This document shows positions 56,074 through 64,000 of a stretch of DNA of 64,000 nucleotides, piece by piece. The notes beneath the pieces were generated by a model, which was not told the DNA's origin, did no database searches, and saw only the letters and a program-made list of their open reading frames with translations. The position numbers were made by a program, and so were the translations under genes. Source of the DNA: Planctomycetota bacterium (GTDB lineage Bacteria > Planctomycetota > PLA2 > JAEUHO01); assembly GCA_965223505.1 (NCBI GenBank), contig CBDCWP010000012.1, positions 85,524-149,523 of the forward strand, written 5' to 3'. Each line of letters starts with the position of its first letter. The first letter of the stretch is position 1.

Positions 56074-58137
56074 GTGGCCGAACCGAAGCCTCGCAAGCCC
56101 GAAGAAGACGACGACCCGATCGCGCAGGAGATCGCGCGCGCGCTCGGGATGACCGGCGCCGCGGCCGGCAGCGAGAGCGACGCCGGGCCGGATCCGACAC
56201 GCGTCGAGGGCAAGCTCAAGCTGGACAAGGACGGCGCGCTCGCTGATCGGCCCAAGCTCACGCCCGTCAAGGTGCACAAGACGGACGGTGACGACACCGA
56301 CGTGTCGAAGACGGACCGCCCGAGCGGCGAGGGGCCGCGCAAGGCTGCGTTGCCCCCGAAGCGCGCCAGTCTGCGGCCGGCCGGGATGGAGGGCGTCGGT
56401 CCGCCGAGGACCGTCGCGCCGTCCGCGGATCTCGAGAGCGAGATTCGGATCCCGGCAGGGACGTTCCTCTACGGCGAGACGCGGCAGGAGCACGAGCTCT
56501 CCGCGTTTCGCATCGACAAGTTCCCGGTGACGAACGGTCAGTACGACGCGTTCGTGCGCGCGACCGGGCACCGCCCGCCGCTGTATTGGCCGTCCGGTCA
56601 GATGCAGGAGGAGCTCAGGAACCACCCCGTCGTCGGTGTCGACTATTTCGATGCGCTTGCCTTCGCGCAGTGGAAGGGCAAGGACCTGCCCTTCGAGGAC
56701 GAGTGGGAGCGCGCGGCGCGCGGCATCGACGGACGCACGTTCCCGTGGGGCGACGAGAACGACCTGCACGCGGCCAACACGGCGCGCACGTCGCTCAAGA
56801 TGACCGTACCGGTGACGCTGCACACCACGAACGTGTCACCCGACGGCGTACGCGACATGGTCGGCAACGCGTGGGAGATCACCCACTCGCCTGCGCAAGG
56901 CGGCGGCGTCGTCGTGCGCGGCGGCTCCTGGTACGACTTCGCGCTCTACGCGAAGACGTTCTTCCGGTTCGCGACGCGGCCGGACGCCCGCAACGGAACC
57001 ATCGGATTCCGCTGCTGCGTGCGAGAAGAGAAGCGCAACGACGAGCCGCGCGAGGTCCCGCCGGATCAGGTCGAGGCGGAGATCGCGGCACGCACCGGAT
57101 CGCAGCCCCCGGTCGACGTGTCCGAGTTCAGCGCCGAGCGGCGCGATCTGGTGCCGGATCTGCGGGCGCTTCGGACGATGGAGGCCGAGATCGAAGCCGA
57201 AGCGCTTCTCGGTCCGATTCGCGCACCGGGGTTCGACACCGTCGCCGACGAGATGGACGTGGACTCGCCGCTGACACCGCGCTCCGTGCGGGCCGACAAG
57301 GGGGGCGAGGCCGCGTCGGGGTCGGACCGGAAGCGCGTGCACGTCAAGGCCGAACGCGTGGTCGAGAAGACGCCGCCGAAGAAGGCGTACCCGTCGAAGC
57401 CGAAGCGAGAGGTCGCGACCGTCGCGCCCTCCGACGCGAAGTCCGAGCCGGACCCTTCGGGTGCGCGTGGCACCCCCGCTGTCCTCTGGGTGCTGCTCGG
57501 GTTCGGGTTCCTGTTGCTCGGCGGCGTCGTCGCCGTGATGGCGAACCGTACCGAGCCCCCGGACGTCGCGGACACGCCGTTCGCGCCGGACGGGCGCGCG
57601 CCGGTCATCGAGCCGCCCGACACCGTCGCCATGTTGCCGGACGTTCCCGCGGCATGGGACCGCGAAGGGTACGACCCGGTGATTCACGACGGGGCGGAAC
57701 CGGAATCGCTCGCGTGGATGAACGAGGGCGTGTGCCTGGTCGTGTTCGCCGATCCGTCGGCGAAGGAAGGCCAACGGACCATTCGCTCCACGGAGAACCT
57801 CGCGCGCCGCCTGAGCACGGCCGACGTGCGCGTGCTGCTCGTGGTTCCGCGCCGCCTGTATCTCGACCAGGTGGGCGCGTTGCAGCGCGAGGTCGAGATC
57901 CGCGGTGCGCTGTCCAGGATCTGGACGTTGCACGGCATCGACGTGCTCCTGGACCCGTCGGATGGGAGCGGGCGCGGCACCTTGCTCATGCGCTACATCG
58001 GCGAAGAGGTTCCGGCGGGCGTCGTGCTGCTGGTCGACGGCGACAAGAAGGCGCGCGCGAGCCCACCCGAGGGGACCGGGTTCTTCGTCGGCAACTTCGG
58101 ACCGATCGGCAAACAGGCGGTTGAGCTAGCACGCTAG
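56074..58137 (+). CDS. FGE-sulfatase (SUMF1/EgtB/PvdO) domain membrane protein
   Basis: FRIDKFPVTNGQY, HPVVGV, LP.EDEWERAARG, FPWG, DMVGNAWE, RGGSW, GFRC; then a linker, one TM and an extra C-terminal domain. Confidence 0.88.
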   Translation: MAEPKPRKPEEDDDPIAQEIARALGMTGAAAGSESDAGPDPTRVEGKLKLDKDGALADRPKLTPVKVHKTDGDDTDVSKTDRPSGEGPRKAALPPKRASLRPAGMEGVGPPRTVAPSADLESEIRIPAGTFLYGETRQEHELSAFRIDKFPVTNGQYDAFVRATGHRPPLYWPSGQMQEELRNHPVVGVDYFDALAFAQWKGKDLPFEDEWERAARGIDGRTFPWGDENDLHAANTARTSLKMTVPVTLHTTNVSPDGVRDMVGNAWEITHSPAQGGGVVVRGGSWYDFALYAKTFFRFATRPDARNGTIGFRCCVREEKRNDEPREVPPDQVEAEIAARTGSQPPVDVSEFSAERRDLVPDLRALRTMEAEIEAEALLGPIRAPGFDTVADEMDVDSPLTPRSVRADKGGEAASGSDRKRVHVKAERVVEKTPPKKAYPSKPKREVATVAPSDAKSEPDPSGARGTPAVLWVLLGFGFLLLGGVVAVMANRTEPPDVADTPFAPDGRAPVIEPPDTVAMLPDVPAAWDREGYDPVIHDGAEPESLAWMNEGVCLVVFADPSAKEGQRTIRSTENLARRLSTADVRVLLVVPRRLYLDQVGALQREVEIRGALSRIWTLHGIDVLLDPSDGSGRGTLLMRYIGEEVPAGVVLLVDGDKKARASPPEGTGFFVGNFGPIGKQAVELAR

Positions 58138-58155
58138 CTCAAACCGCCTGCTTGC
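58109..58155. terminator. Long inverted repeat, likely a bidirectional terminator or RNA 3' boundary
   Basis: GCAAACAGGCGGTTGAGCTAGC-AC-GCTAGCTCAAACCGCCTGCTTGC: ~22-bp arms with 1 mismatch and 1 bulge, spanning the stop of the FGE-domain gene. Confidence 0.7.
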
Positions 58156-58343
58156 TCGTTCTCTTCAAGGGGGGGGCTGGCCCCCTTTCGGGCTCGGGTT
58201 GGCTTCGCCAACACATCGCCCTATCCCCCCGTGTGACGATGGCTTCGCCCTCCGCATCCGTGCGATCGGTCAGGCCACAGTACGTTCATCCCTCGCCGGA
58301 GACGGGACGCGACGTTGACAAGCCCCTGTACCTCCGAGAGCGA
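58156..58343 (-). ncRNA. Structured ncRNA candidate resembling the 5' domain of OLE RNA ('mini-OLE')
   Basis: Intergenic; the ends pair with each other, four internal hairpins plus a CCC-GAAA-GGG stem-loop; ordered motifs UACUGUGGCCU, GGCGAAGCCAU, CGGGGGGAUAG, AACCCG, CUUGAAGAG. Confidence 0.7.
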
Positions 58344-58392
58344 ATGGAAGAACACCAGTCTTGCCGCCCAGCGAGGCTAGGAAATGGTCTTG

Positions 58393-59727
58393 CTAGGCGT
58401 CGACGACGGCGGGATCGAACAGGGCGCTGTGCAGGCACGTCACCGTCGCGGCGTGGTGCTCCTCGGGAACCACGATCTGCAAGTTCGTCTTCGTAGCGCC
58501 GTACGAGATCGCCCGCACCGGAATCGACTCCGTGCCCAACGCGCCGAACACCCGTCCCGCGAGCCCGCTCGCCTGCTTCATGCGCTCGCCGATCACCGCG
58601 ACGAGCGCATTCCCCTTCGTCACGTTCACCGTGCTGAACGCCTCGAGATCCGCGACGACCCCGTCGAGGCCGTCCAAGTGGTCGACCGAGACCGTGATCG
58701 AGACCTCGCTGGTCGCGATGAGATCCACGACGACATCGTGCGCGGCGAACGCGCGGAACACGCGCGCCATGAAGCCGGACTGACCGAGCATGCGTCCCGA
58801 GACGACGTTCACGAGATGGATGCCGCGCTTGCTTGCGATGCTGCTCACGTGCGCGCCGTCGTTGTCGTCGCGCCGCGGCGAGATGAGCGTGCCGAACGCG
58901 TCCGGCTGCATGGTGTTGAGGATGCGCACCGGAATGCCCTCTTCGACGGCGGGCTGAATCGTCGCGGGGTGAATCACCTTCGCGCCGTAGTACGCGAGCT
59001 CGCTCGCCTCCGCGTACGTGAGCTGCTCGACGGGACGTGCGTCGGGCACGATGCGCGGGTCGGCCGTGAGCACGCCGCTGACGTCGGTCCAGATCTCGAC
59101 CTCTTCCGCCGAAACCGCGCGTCCGATGATCGTAGCGGTGAAGTCCGAACCGGATCGTCCGAGCGTCGTGACGTTGCCGTCCTCCGTGCAACCGATGAAC
59201 CCGGTCACGACCGGCACGCCGGCGACGCCGGCCAGGCTCTCGCGCAGCCGCGAGTAGGCCGCGGGCAACGGCGACGCCCGCGTGTGCCGGTCGTCGGTGA
59301 CCAGGCCCGCCTGGTCCGCCTCGACGGCGGTCGCCTCGATCCCGTTGGCGCGCAGGTACGCGGCGACCGCCCTGACGGACATGCGTTCCCCGAACGCGGC
59401 GACCTGGTCGAGGCTGCGTGGCGTCAGCTCGCCCAGCAGGGCGAGGCCGCGGAACATCTGATCGAGCCGTTCGAGGTCCGGTTCGACGAGGGCGCGGTCC
59501 AGGCCCAGGGCGTCGAGCACTTCGTGCTCCCGGTCGCGCACGGCCTGCAGATCGGGATTGCCGGCGGCCGCGGCATGCGCGCCGGCCAGCAGAAGGTCGG
59601 TGACGCCCGCGTGCGCGGAGCACACGACGACCGGCGAGCGGTCGAGGCGGCCGCGGACCAGGTCCACGACGGTGTCGATACGCTCGCGATCTCCGAGCGA
59701 CGTGCCTCCGAACTTCATGACCAACAC
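58393..59727 (-). CDS. lysC: Aspartate kinase with two ACT domains
   Basis: VMKFGGTS, VTDLL, FGERMS, TTLGRSGSDFTA, WTDVSGVLTADPR, ELAYYGAKVIHP, TSEVSIT; GGAGG RBS. Confidence 0.95.
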   Translation of the reverse strand: MLVMKFGGTSLGDRERIDTVVDLVRGRLDRSPVVVCSAHAGVTDLLLAGAHAAAAGNPDLQAVRDREHEVLDALGLDRALVEPDLERLDQMFRGLALLGELTPRSLDQVAAFGERMSVRAVAAYLRANGIEATAVEADQAGLVTDDRHTRASPLPAAYSRLRESLAGVAGVPVVTGFIGCTEDGNVTTLGRSGSDFTATIIGRAVSAEEVEIWTDVSGVLTADPRIVPDARPVEQLTYAEASELAYYGAKVIHPATIQPAVEEGIPVRILNTMQPDAFGTLISPRRDDNDGAHVSSIASKRGIHLVNVVSGRMLGQSGFMARVFRAFAAHDVVVDLIATSEVSITVSVDHLDGLDGVVADLEAFSTVNVTKGNALVAVIGERMKQASGLAGRVFGALGTESIPVRAISYGATKTNLQIVVPEEHHAATVTCLHSALFDPAVVDA

Positions 59728-59886
59728 GGCGGAATCCTCCGCGCCTTCCGCAGGCGCCGCAGAAAAGGAGTACCACGGCTTCCCGCTCGCGACGCAGGTT
59801 CGTACGGATCGCCCCGCCCACGGGCCCTGCGTCTGCCGCCGAATCGGTAGAATGCGAGGACGACTTCGACCCCCGCGGGAGACCTC

Positions 59887-61132
59887 ATGGCCGGCCAGAC
59901 TGCCTCCGACCTGATCTACGACTGGAACACCTGCGAAGCCGAGCCGCTCACGGATCGCAAGTACGCGCAGGTGGACGACGAGACCCTGCGCGACGGGCTG
60001 CAGAGTCCGTCCGTGCGCCATCCCGACATCGATCAGATGATCGAGATCGTCCACCACATCGCGGCGCTCGGCATGGAGTCGATGAACATCGGCCTGCCCG
60101 GCGCCGGCCCGCACGTGGTGAAGTCGGCCATGCGATTGGCGCAGGAGATTCGCGATCAGAAGTTCGACATCCTGCCGAACTGCGCGGCGCGCACGTTGGT
60201 GCAGGACATCGAGCCCATTCACCGCATCTCGCAGGAGGTCGGTATCGCGATCGAGGTCGCGATGTTCATCGGCTCGAGTCCGATTCGGCTCGAGGTCGAA
60301 GGCTGGTCCGTGGACCACCTGCTCAAGACCAGCGAGAAGGCGCTGCAATACTGTGTCGACAACCAGCTGCCGATCATGTTCGTCACGGAAGACACGACGC
60401 GTGCGTCGCCCGAGACGGTCAGCCGGGTCTACGGGCCAGGCGCTGGACATGGGCGCGCAGCGGTTGGTCGTTTGCGACACCTGCGGGCACGCCACGCCGG
60501 ACGGGGCGCGCGCGCTGATTCGCTTCGTTCGCGGGGTCGCGAAAGAGCGCGGCAAGGGCGACGTGCAGATCGATTGGCACGGGCATCAAGACCGCGGCTT
60601 GGGTGTGATCAACTCGATCGCGGCATACGAGGCCGGTGCGGACCGGCTGCACGGCGCGGGTCTGGGTGTGGGCGAGCGCGCCGGCAACACGGCCATGGAC
60701 CAGCTGCTGGTGAACCTGAAGCTGCTCGGTTACCTCGCGCCCGATCGCGATCTGACGGCGTTGATGAGGTACGTCGAGGCCGTCTCGCGGTATCTCGATG
60801 TTCCGATCCCGTTCAACTACCCGGTCGTCGGAAACGACGCGTTCGAGACGGGTACGGGCGTCCACGCGGCTGCGGTCATCAAGGCGCTGCGTCGCGGCGA
60901 CGACTATCTCGCAAATCGGGTCTACTCGGGCGTTCCCGCCGATCAGTTCGGCCTCGAGCAGCGCATCTCCGTCGGGCCGATGAGCGGCAAGTCGAACGTG
61001 GTCTGGTGGCTCGAGCGCCACGGCTACGAGGTCACGGAGGAGCGCGTCGAGCGCCTGTTCGAGGCCGCGAAAACCAGCAATCGGGCCGTTCCGGACGAAA
61101 CCCTGAAAGATTTGGCGGAGGAAGTCGCCTAG
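59887..61132 (+). pseudogene. LeuA-family (2-isopropylmalate/homocitrate synthase-like, DRE-TIM) gene split by a +1 frameshift near 60435 (pseudogene or sequencing error)
   Basis: First frame: DETLRDGLQ...EDTTRA..RVYG. Next frame: QALDMGA..CDTCG, HGHQDRGLG..N, GVGERAGN, GVHA, GPMSGKSNV. Confidence 0.85.
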
Positions 61133-61138
61133 AGTGGT

Positions 61139-61540
61139 GTGAACCAGGGTCGAGTCATCCATCGAAAGTCCGAAGGTAGCTATTCCGTTTTGACGGGCCT
61201 CGAAGTCACCGTCCGATGCGAGAACGCAACCGGCGTCGTCGGCCTGGCCGGCGAGGCGCGGATGGAGCTCGTGCCCCGCCTGCAGGGCGCCGTCGACGAC
61301 GCCTGCGAACAGGGCGCCCGCGACCTGATTCTCGACATGTCCCGCCTGCGGTTCATGGACAGCGCGTCCGCCGGCGAGCTTCTGCGGATCAAGAACCGCG
61401 TCGCGAAGAACGAGGGCCGGTTGGTGCTGGTGGGCCTGCGTAGCGTCGTGCAGCGACTGATGGACGCGGCCGGGCTGCACGAACAGTTCACGATCGCCCC
61501 CGACGAAGAGGCCGCGCGTCTCTACCTGGGTGGCATCTAG
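61139..61540 (+). CDS. STAS-domain anti-sigma-factor antagonist
   Basis: LILDMSRLRFMDSASAGEL phospho-Ser motif, GRLVLVG; true start may be downstream (TTG ~61190). Confidence 0.9.
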   Translation: MNQGRVIHRKSEGSYSVLTGLEVTVRCENATGVVGLAGEARMELVPRLQGAVDDACEQGARDLILDMSRLRFMDSASAGELLRIKNRVAKNEGRLVLVGLRSVVQRLMDAAGLHEQFTIAPDEEAARLYLGGI

Positions 61541-61633
61541 CGGCACGGCGGTCTCGCGGCGAACAATCTCGCGACGAACAACGCGCTACCGCCTCTCAAG
61601 CGGGTCGTGCCGCGGACCGATGTTCGAAACGCT

Positions 61634-62509
61634 GTGGCTCTGAAGCGTCTCACGCCCGTCCTGCCGATTCTGGTCGCGCTCGTTGCATGCGCTCTCACCG
61701 GCTGCTCCGTGGCGTCGTCCGACTTCTGGGATCGAGCCCCGCGCGTCGCCGGCGTGAAGGGACCTCAGCTCGACGGCGCGCCGTCGCAGCGCTACGAGGA
61801 CCCGTTGTTGCCGGCGCCCCAGAGGAGCCCCGTCGAGACGCCGCCGCCCGCCGCGCGCGCTCGACGTGCACCCGCACGGTTCGCGCCGGAAGCGCGAGGC
61901 GGACCGCTGCAGCCGACGGCGGAAGAGATCACCGTGCTGGAACGCGTGAATCAGATCCGTTCGAAGCGCGGGCTGCGCTTGCTCCGGTTCGAGCCGCGGC
62001 TCTTCGCGGCGGCGCGCGATCACAGCCGGGAACAGCTCCGGCACGGCTACATGGGGCACGGCTCGCCCGACAAGACGAGGGACGAGCTGTCCGAGCGACT
62101 CGAGCTCGCGGGGTACGAAGGGATGGCGTTCGGCGAGGTGGTCGCCTGGGGCTACCCCGACACGCGATCGGTCGTCGAGGGCTGGATGAACAGCCGCCCG
62201 CATCGAGAGATCCTCTTGGATCGGACGATGACGGAAGCCGGCTTCAGCCGCGCGGGCGGCTACTGGACGGGCAACCTGGGGGCGTCGTTGGTGCCGCGCG
62301 GCCGCATGTCGTCCCAACGGAGCGCGCAGCCGCAGAGCCGGGCTCGTCCGGCGCCGAAGTCCGTGCCCGCGCCGCGCGTTCGGCGCGTTGCGGCGCCACG
62401 ACCCGAGCCGGCGCCGTTGCCCAAGGCGCGGCCTGCGCCCGCGAATCCCTTCGAGCTCCCGATCCCGGAGGCGAAGCCGGAGAAGAAGAAGGTCTTCACC
62501 GGCGGGTGA
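61634..62509 (+). CDS. CAP/SCP-domain lipoprotein with Pro-rich linkers
   Basis: Lipobox LTGC, VNQIR..GL, AARDHS, GEVVAWG, GWMNSRPHREIL. Confidence 0.88.
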   Translation: MALKRLTPVLPILVALVACALTGCSVASSDFWDRAPRVAGVKGPQLDGAPSQRYEDPLLPAPQRSPVETPPPAARARRAPARFAPEARGGPLQPTAEEITVLERVNQIRSKRGLRLLRFEPRLFAAARDHSREQLRHGYMGHGSPDKTRDELSERLELAGYEGMAFGEVVAWGYPDTRSVVEGWMNSRPHREILLDRTMTEAGFSRAGGYWTGNLGASLVPRGRMSSQRSAQPQSRARPAPKSVPAPRVRRVAAPRPEPAPLPKARPAPANPFELPIPEAKPEKKKVFTGG

Positions 62510-62739
62510 GGCCTGTAGACGCGGCGCCCCCGTCGGGGAGCGCAGACGTTCGGAGCGCCGGCCGCGCCCGGGCTGCGGACACGCATCTGGGGCGCAGACG
62601 TGCGCACGGCGCGCGGACCGGCAGGAAGGCGCCCAAACCCCCTCCCCAATGTGGGGCATCGCGCGAACGCCTACGTGGGTTACGCGCTTTCTGACACCGG
62701 CCTAGCATTTCGCGCCGGCGCCGCGCGGACGCTTGGGAC

Positions 62740-64000
62740 ATGCGAGGGTTCCTCCGCCGGCTGCCGTTCGTGCTCGTGCTCTTGTCCGCGAGCTTCCTCG
62801 CGTGGCAGGCGTTCCAATCCGCCGACGCCTACGAGGAGATCGTCAAAAACGACATCAACACCCGTCTGGACGAGGCCGAGCGACGCATGGGACGCGTTCT
62901 CGCCGCCGAGCTCGCCGCGCTCGAAACCCGCACGCGCGAAACCTTCGCCCAAGCCGCGTTCGACCTCCGCGACCACGTCGTCCACATGAGCCTCGAGGAC
63001 GCCATGTCCCGGGTGCCGCGTCGTGGTCCCATGCGTGACGACGGTCTCGAAGCGCCCGAGTTCGGCGTCGCCGACGTGCGGCTCGTCAACGCCGCCGGCG
63101 CGTCGCTCTATCCCGTCGAGTACGTGCCTGACGACGCGCGCTCACGCCAGGCCAATCTCGCCTCGCTGCTCCGCGATCTTCGCCGGCAAGCGGACAAGCG
63201 CCTCTTCGGCGACGACGATCCGCAAGGCGCCTTGGCGGTCTGGACCGACGCCCGCGAGCGCTTCAACACCCCGAGTCTGCGCGCTACGATCGACGTGGAG
63301 ATCGCGCTGCTGCGCGTGCGCTCCGCCAAGTCCGCCGGTCGCGCGCCGACCGAGCTCATGAGCCTCGAGAATGTCTGGGCGCCCGCAACTCTGCGGTCCG
63401 TCGGCCGTCCCTTCATGCTGCTGCTCATGGTGGCCGCACAAGACGACCCGACGCTTCGCTGCCGCGTCACCGACGCCTATCGCAAAGGGTGGTTCAAGGT
63501 CACGCCGCTGACCGATGAAGAACGGGCCCGGGCCCGCGACATCCTGCGCAGGTGCCCCGATGTCGACCCGAGCGAGTTCGAGTCGTTCTTCGCGCGCCCC
63601 CGAGGTCAACCCGATGTTCGAGGCCGAGGTCGCCCACGGTGCGCGACTCCAGTTCTTCGTGGCGGCCGACTCCGTAGGGCAGGCGCTGCGCAGGCGCATC
63701 GAGAGCAACCACGACTGGACGGGCTTCAACCTGTTTCGTGCTGGCACCGACTTCGCGTCGCGTCCCATCGGATCCGACGAGCGCATGGTCCCCTTCAACT
63801 TCCTGGGCAAGATCCAGGGCGCCGTCGGCGTTCGCTACGAGAACGCCGAAAGGGCGCTGCGCAACAGCCGCACGCGCCGCCATGTCTGGGTCGGCATCGT
63901 CGCCGCGCTCTTTCTCTTTGCGATCGTCGGCCTGGAGTCCATGCGTCGTGCCCTCAACCGCGAGCAGCAGGCTCGGCGCCTGCGCGACGACTTCATCGCC
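62740..64000 (+). CDS. Membrane sensor histidine kinase, 5' part (truncated by the window; +1 frameshift near 63600)
   Basis: MRGFLRRLPFVLVLLSASFLAW TM and periplasmic region; after the frame change a second TM (VWVGIVAALFLFAIVG) then ARRLRDDFIA, the typical lead-in to a HisKA H-box. Confidence 0.75.
   Translation, partial: MRGFLRRLPFVLVLLSASFLAWQAFQSADAYEEIVKNDINTRLDEAERRMGRVLAAELAALETRTRETFAQAAFDLRDHVVHMSLEDAMSRVPRRGPMRDDGLEAPEFGVADVRLVNAAGASLYPVEYVPDDARSRQANLASLLRDLRRQADKRLFGDDDPQGALAVWTDARERFNTPSLRATIDVEIALLRVRSAKSAGRAPTELMSLENVWAPATLRSVGRPFMLLLMVAAQDDPTLRCRVTDAYRKGWFKVTPLTDEERARARDILRRCPDVDPSEFESFFARPRGQPDVRGRGRPRCATPVLRGGRLRRAGAAQAHREQPRLDGLQPVSCWHRLRVASHRIRRAHGPLQLPGQDPGRRRRSLRERRKGAAQQPHAPPCLGRHRRRALSLCDRRPGVHASCPQPRAAGSAPARRLHR

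Noticed and set aside
58156..58343. Lysine riboswitch, SRP, 6S or tmRNA as the identity of the structured element
   Set aside because: It lies downstream, not upstream, of lysC and lacks lysine-riboswitch motifs; GGTCAGG is not followed by the SRP CCGGAAGGAAGCAG; it is multibranched rather than 6S rod-like; it has no tRNA-like ends.
58152..58496. 114-aa plus-strand ORF across the ncRNA candidate
   Set aside because: TTG start without RBS, atypical codon usage, overlaps the 3' end of lysC.
62515..62700. Several small hairpins between the CAP gene and the kinase
   Set aside because: Short imperfect GC stems are expected by chance; at most a weak terminator, with no recognisable RNA motif.
1..64000. 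Mobile elements, tRNA or rRNA genes
   Set aside because: No transposase, integrase or phage genes and no tRNA or rRNA signatures were seen.

Overview
High-GC bacterial chromosomal window, most consistent with Planctomycetota (BBP7-type beta-barrel, carboxypeptidase-regulatory-like repeat proteins, mcsA-mcsB-clpC with no adjacent ctsR). In order it holds: the 5' end of clpC with mcsB, mcsA and murD; a fatty-acid hydroxylase coupled to a DUF3179-like gene read through an in-frame UGA (UxxC motif plus a SECIS-like hairpin, so a probable selenoprotein); a large Wzx/Wzy exopolysaccharide locus resembling PEP-CTERM/XrtA-associated clusters, interrupted by a beta-barrel gene and a duplicated module (giant IPT/TIG-repeat + Asp-box propeller lipoprotein with a small membrane-anchored partner); MATE, CPBP and three carboxypeptidase-regulatory-like repeat genes; an FGE-sulfatase-domain gene; lysC; a frameshifted LeuA-family gene; STAS and CAP genes; and a frameshifted, window-truncated histidine kinase. 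The most striking signal is a ~185-nt structured element at ~58156-58343 (minus strand). Its motifs match, in order, my recollection of the 5' domain of OLE RNA, but the 3' half and oapA are absent, so it is a candidate 'mini-OLE' outside Bacillota. All calls come from reading the sequence; no searches were run.
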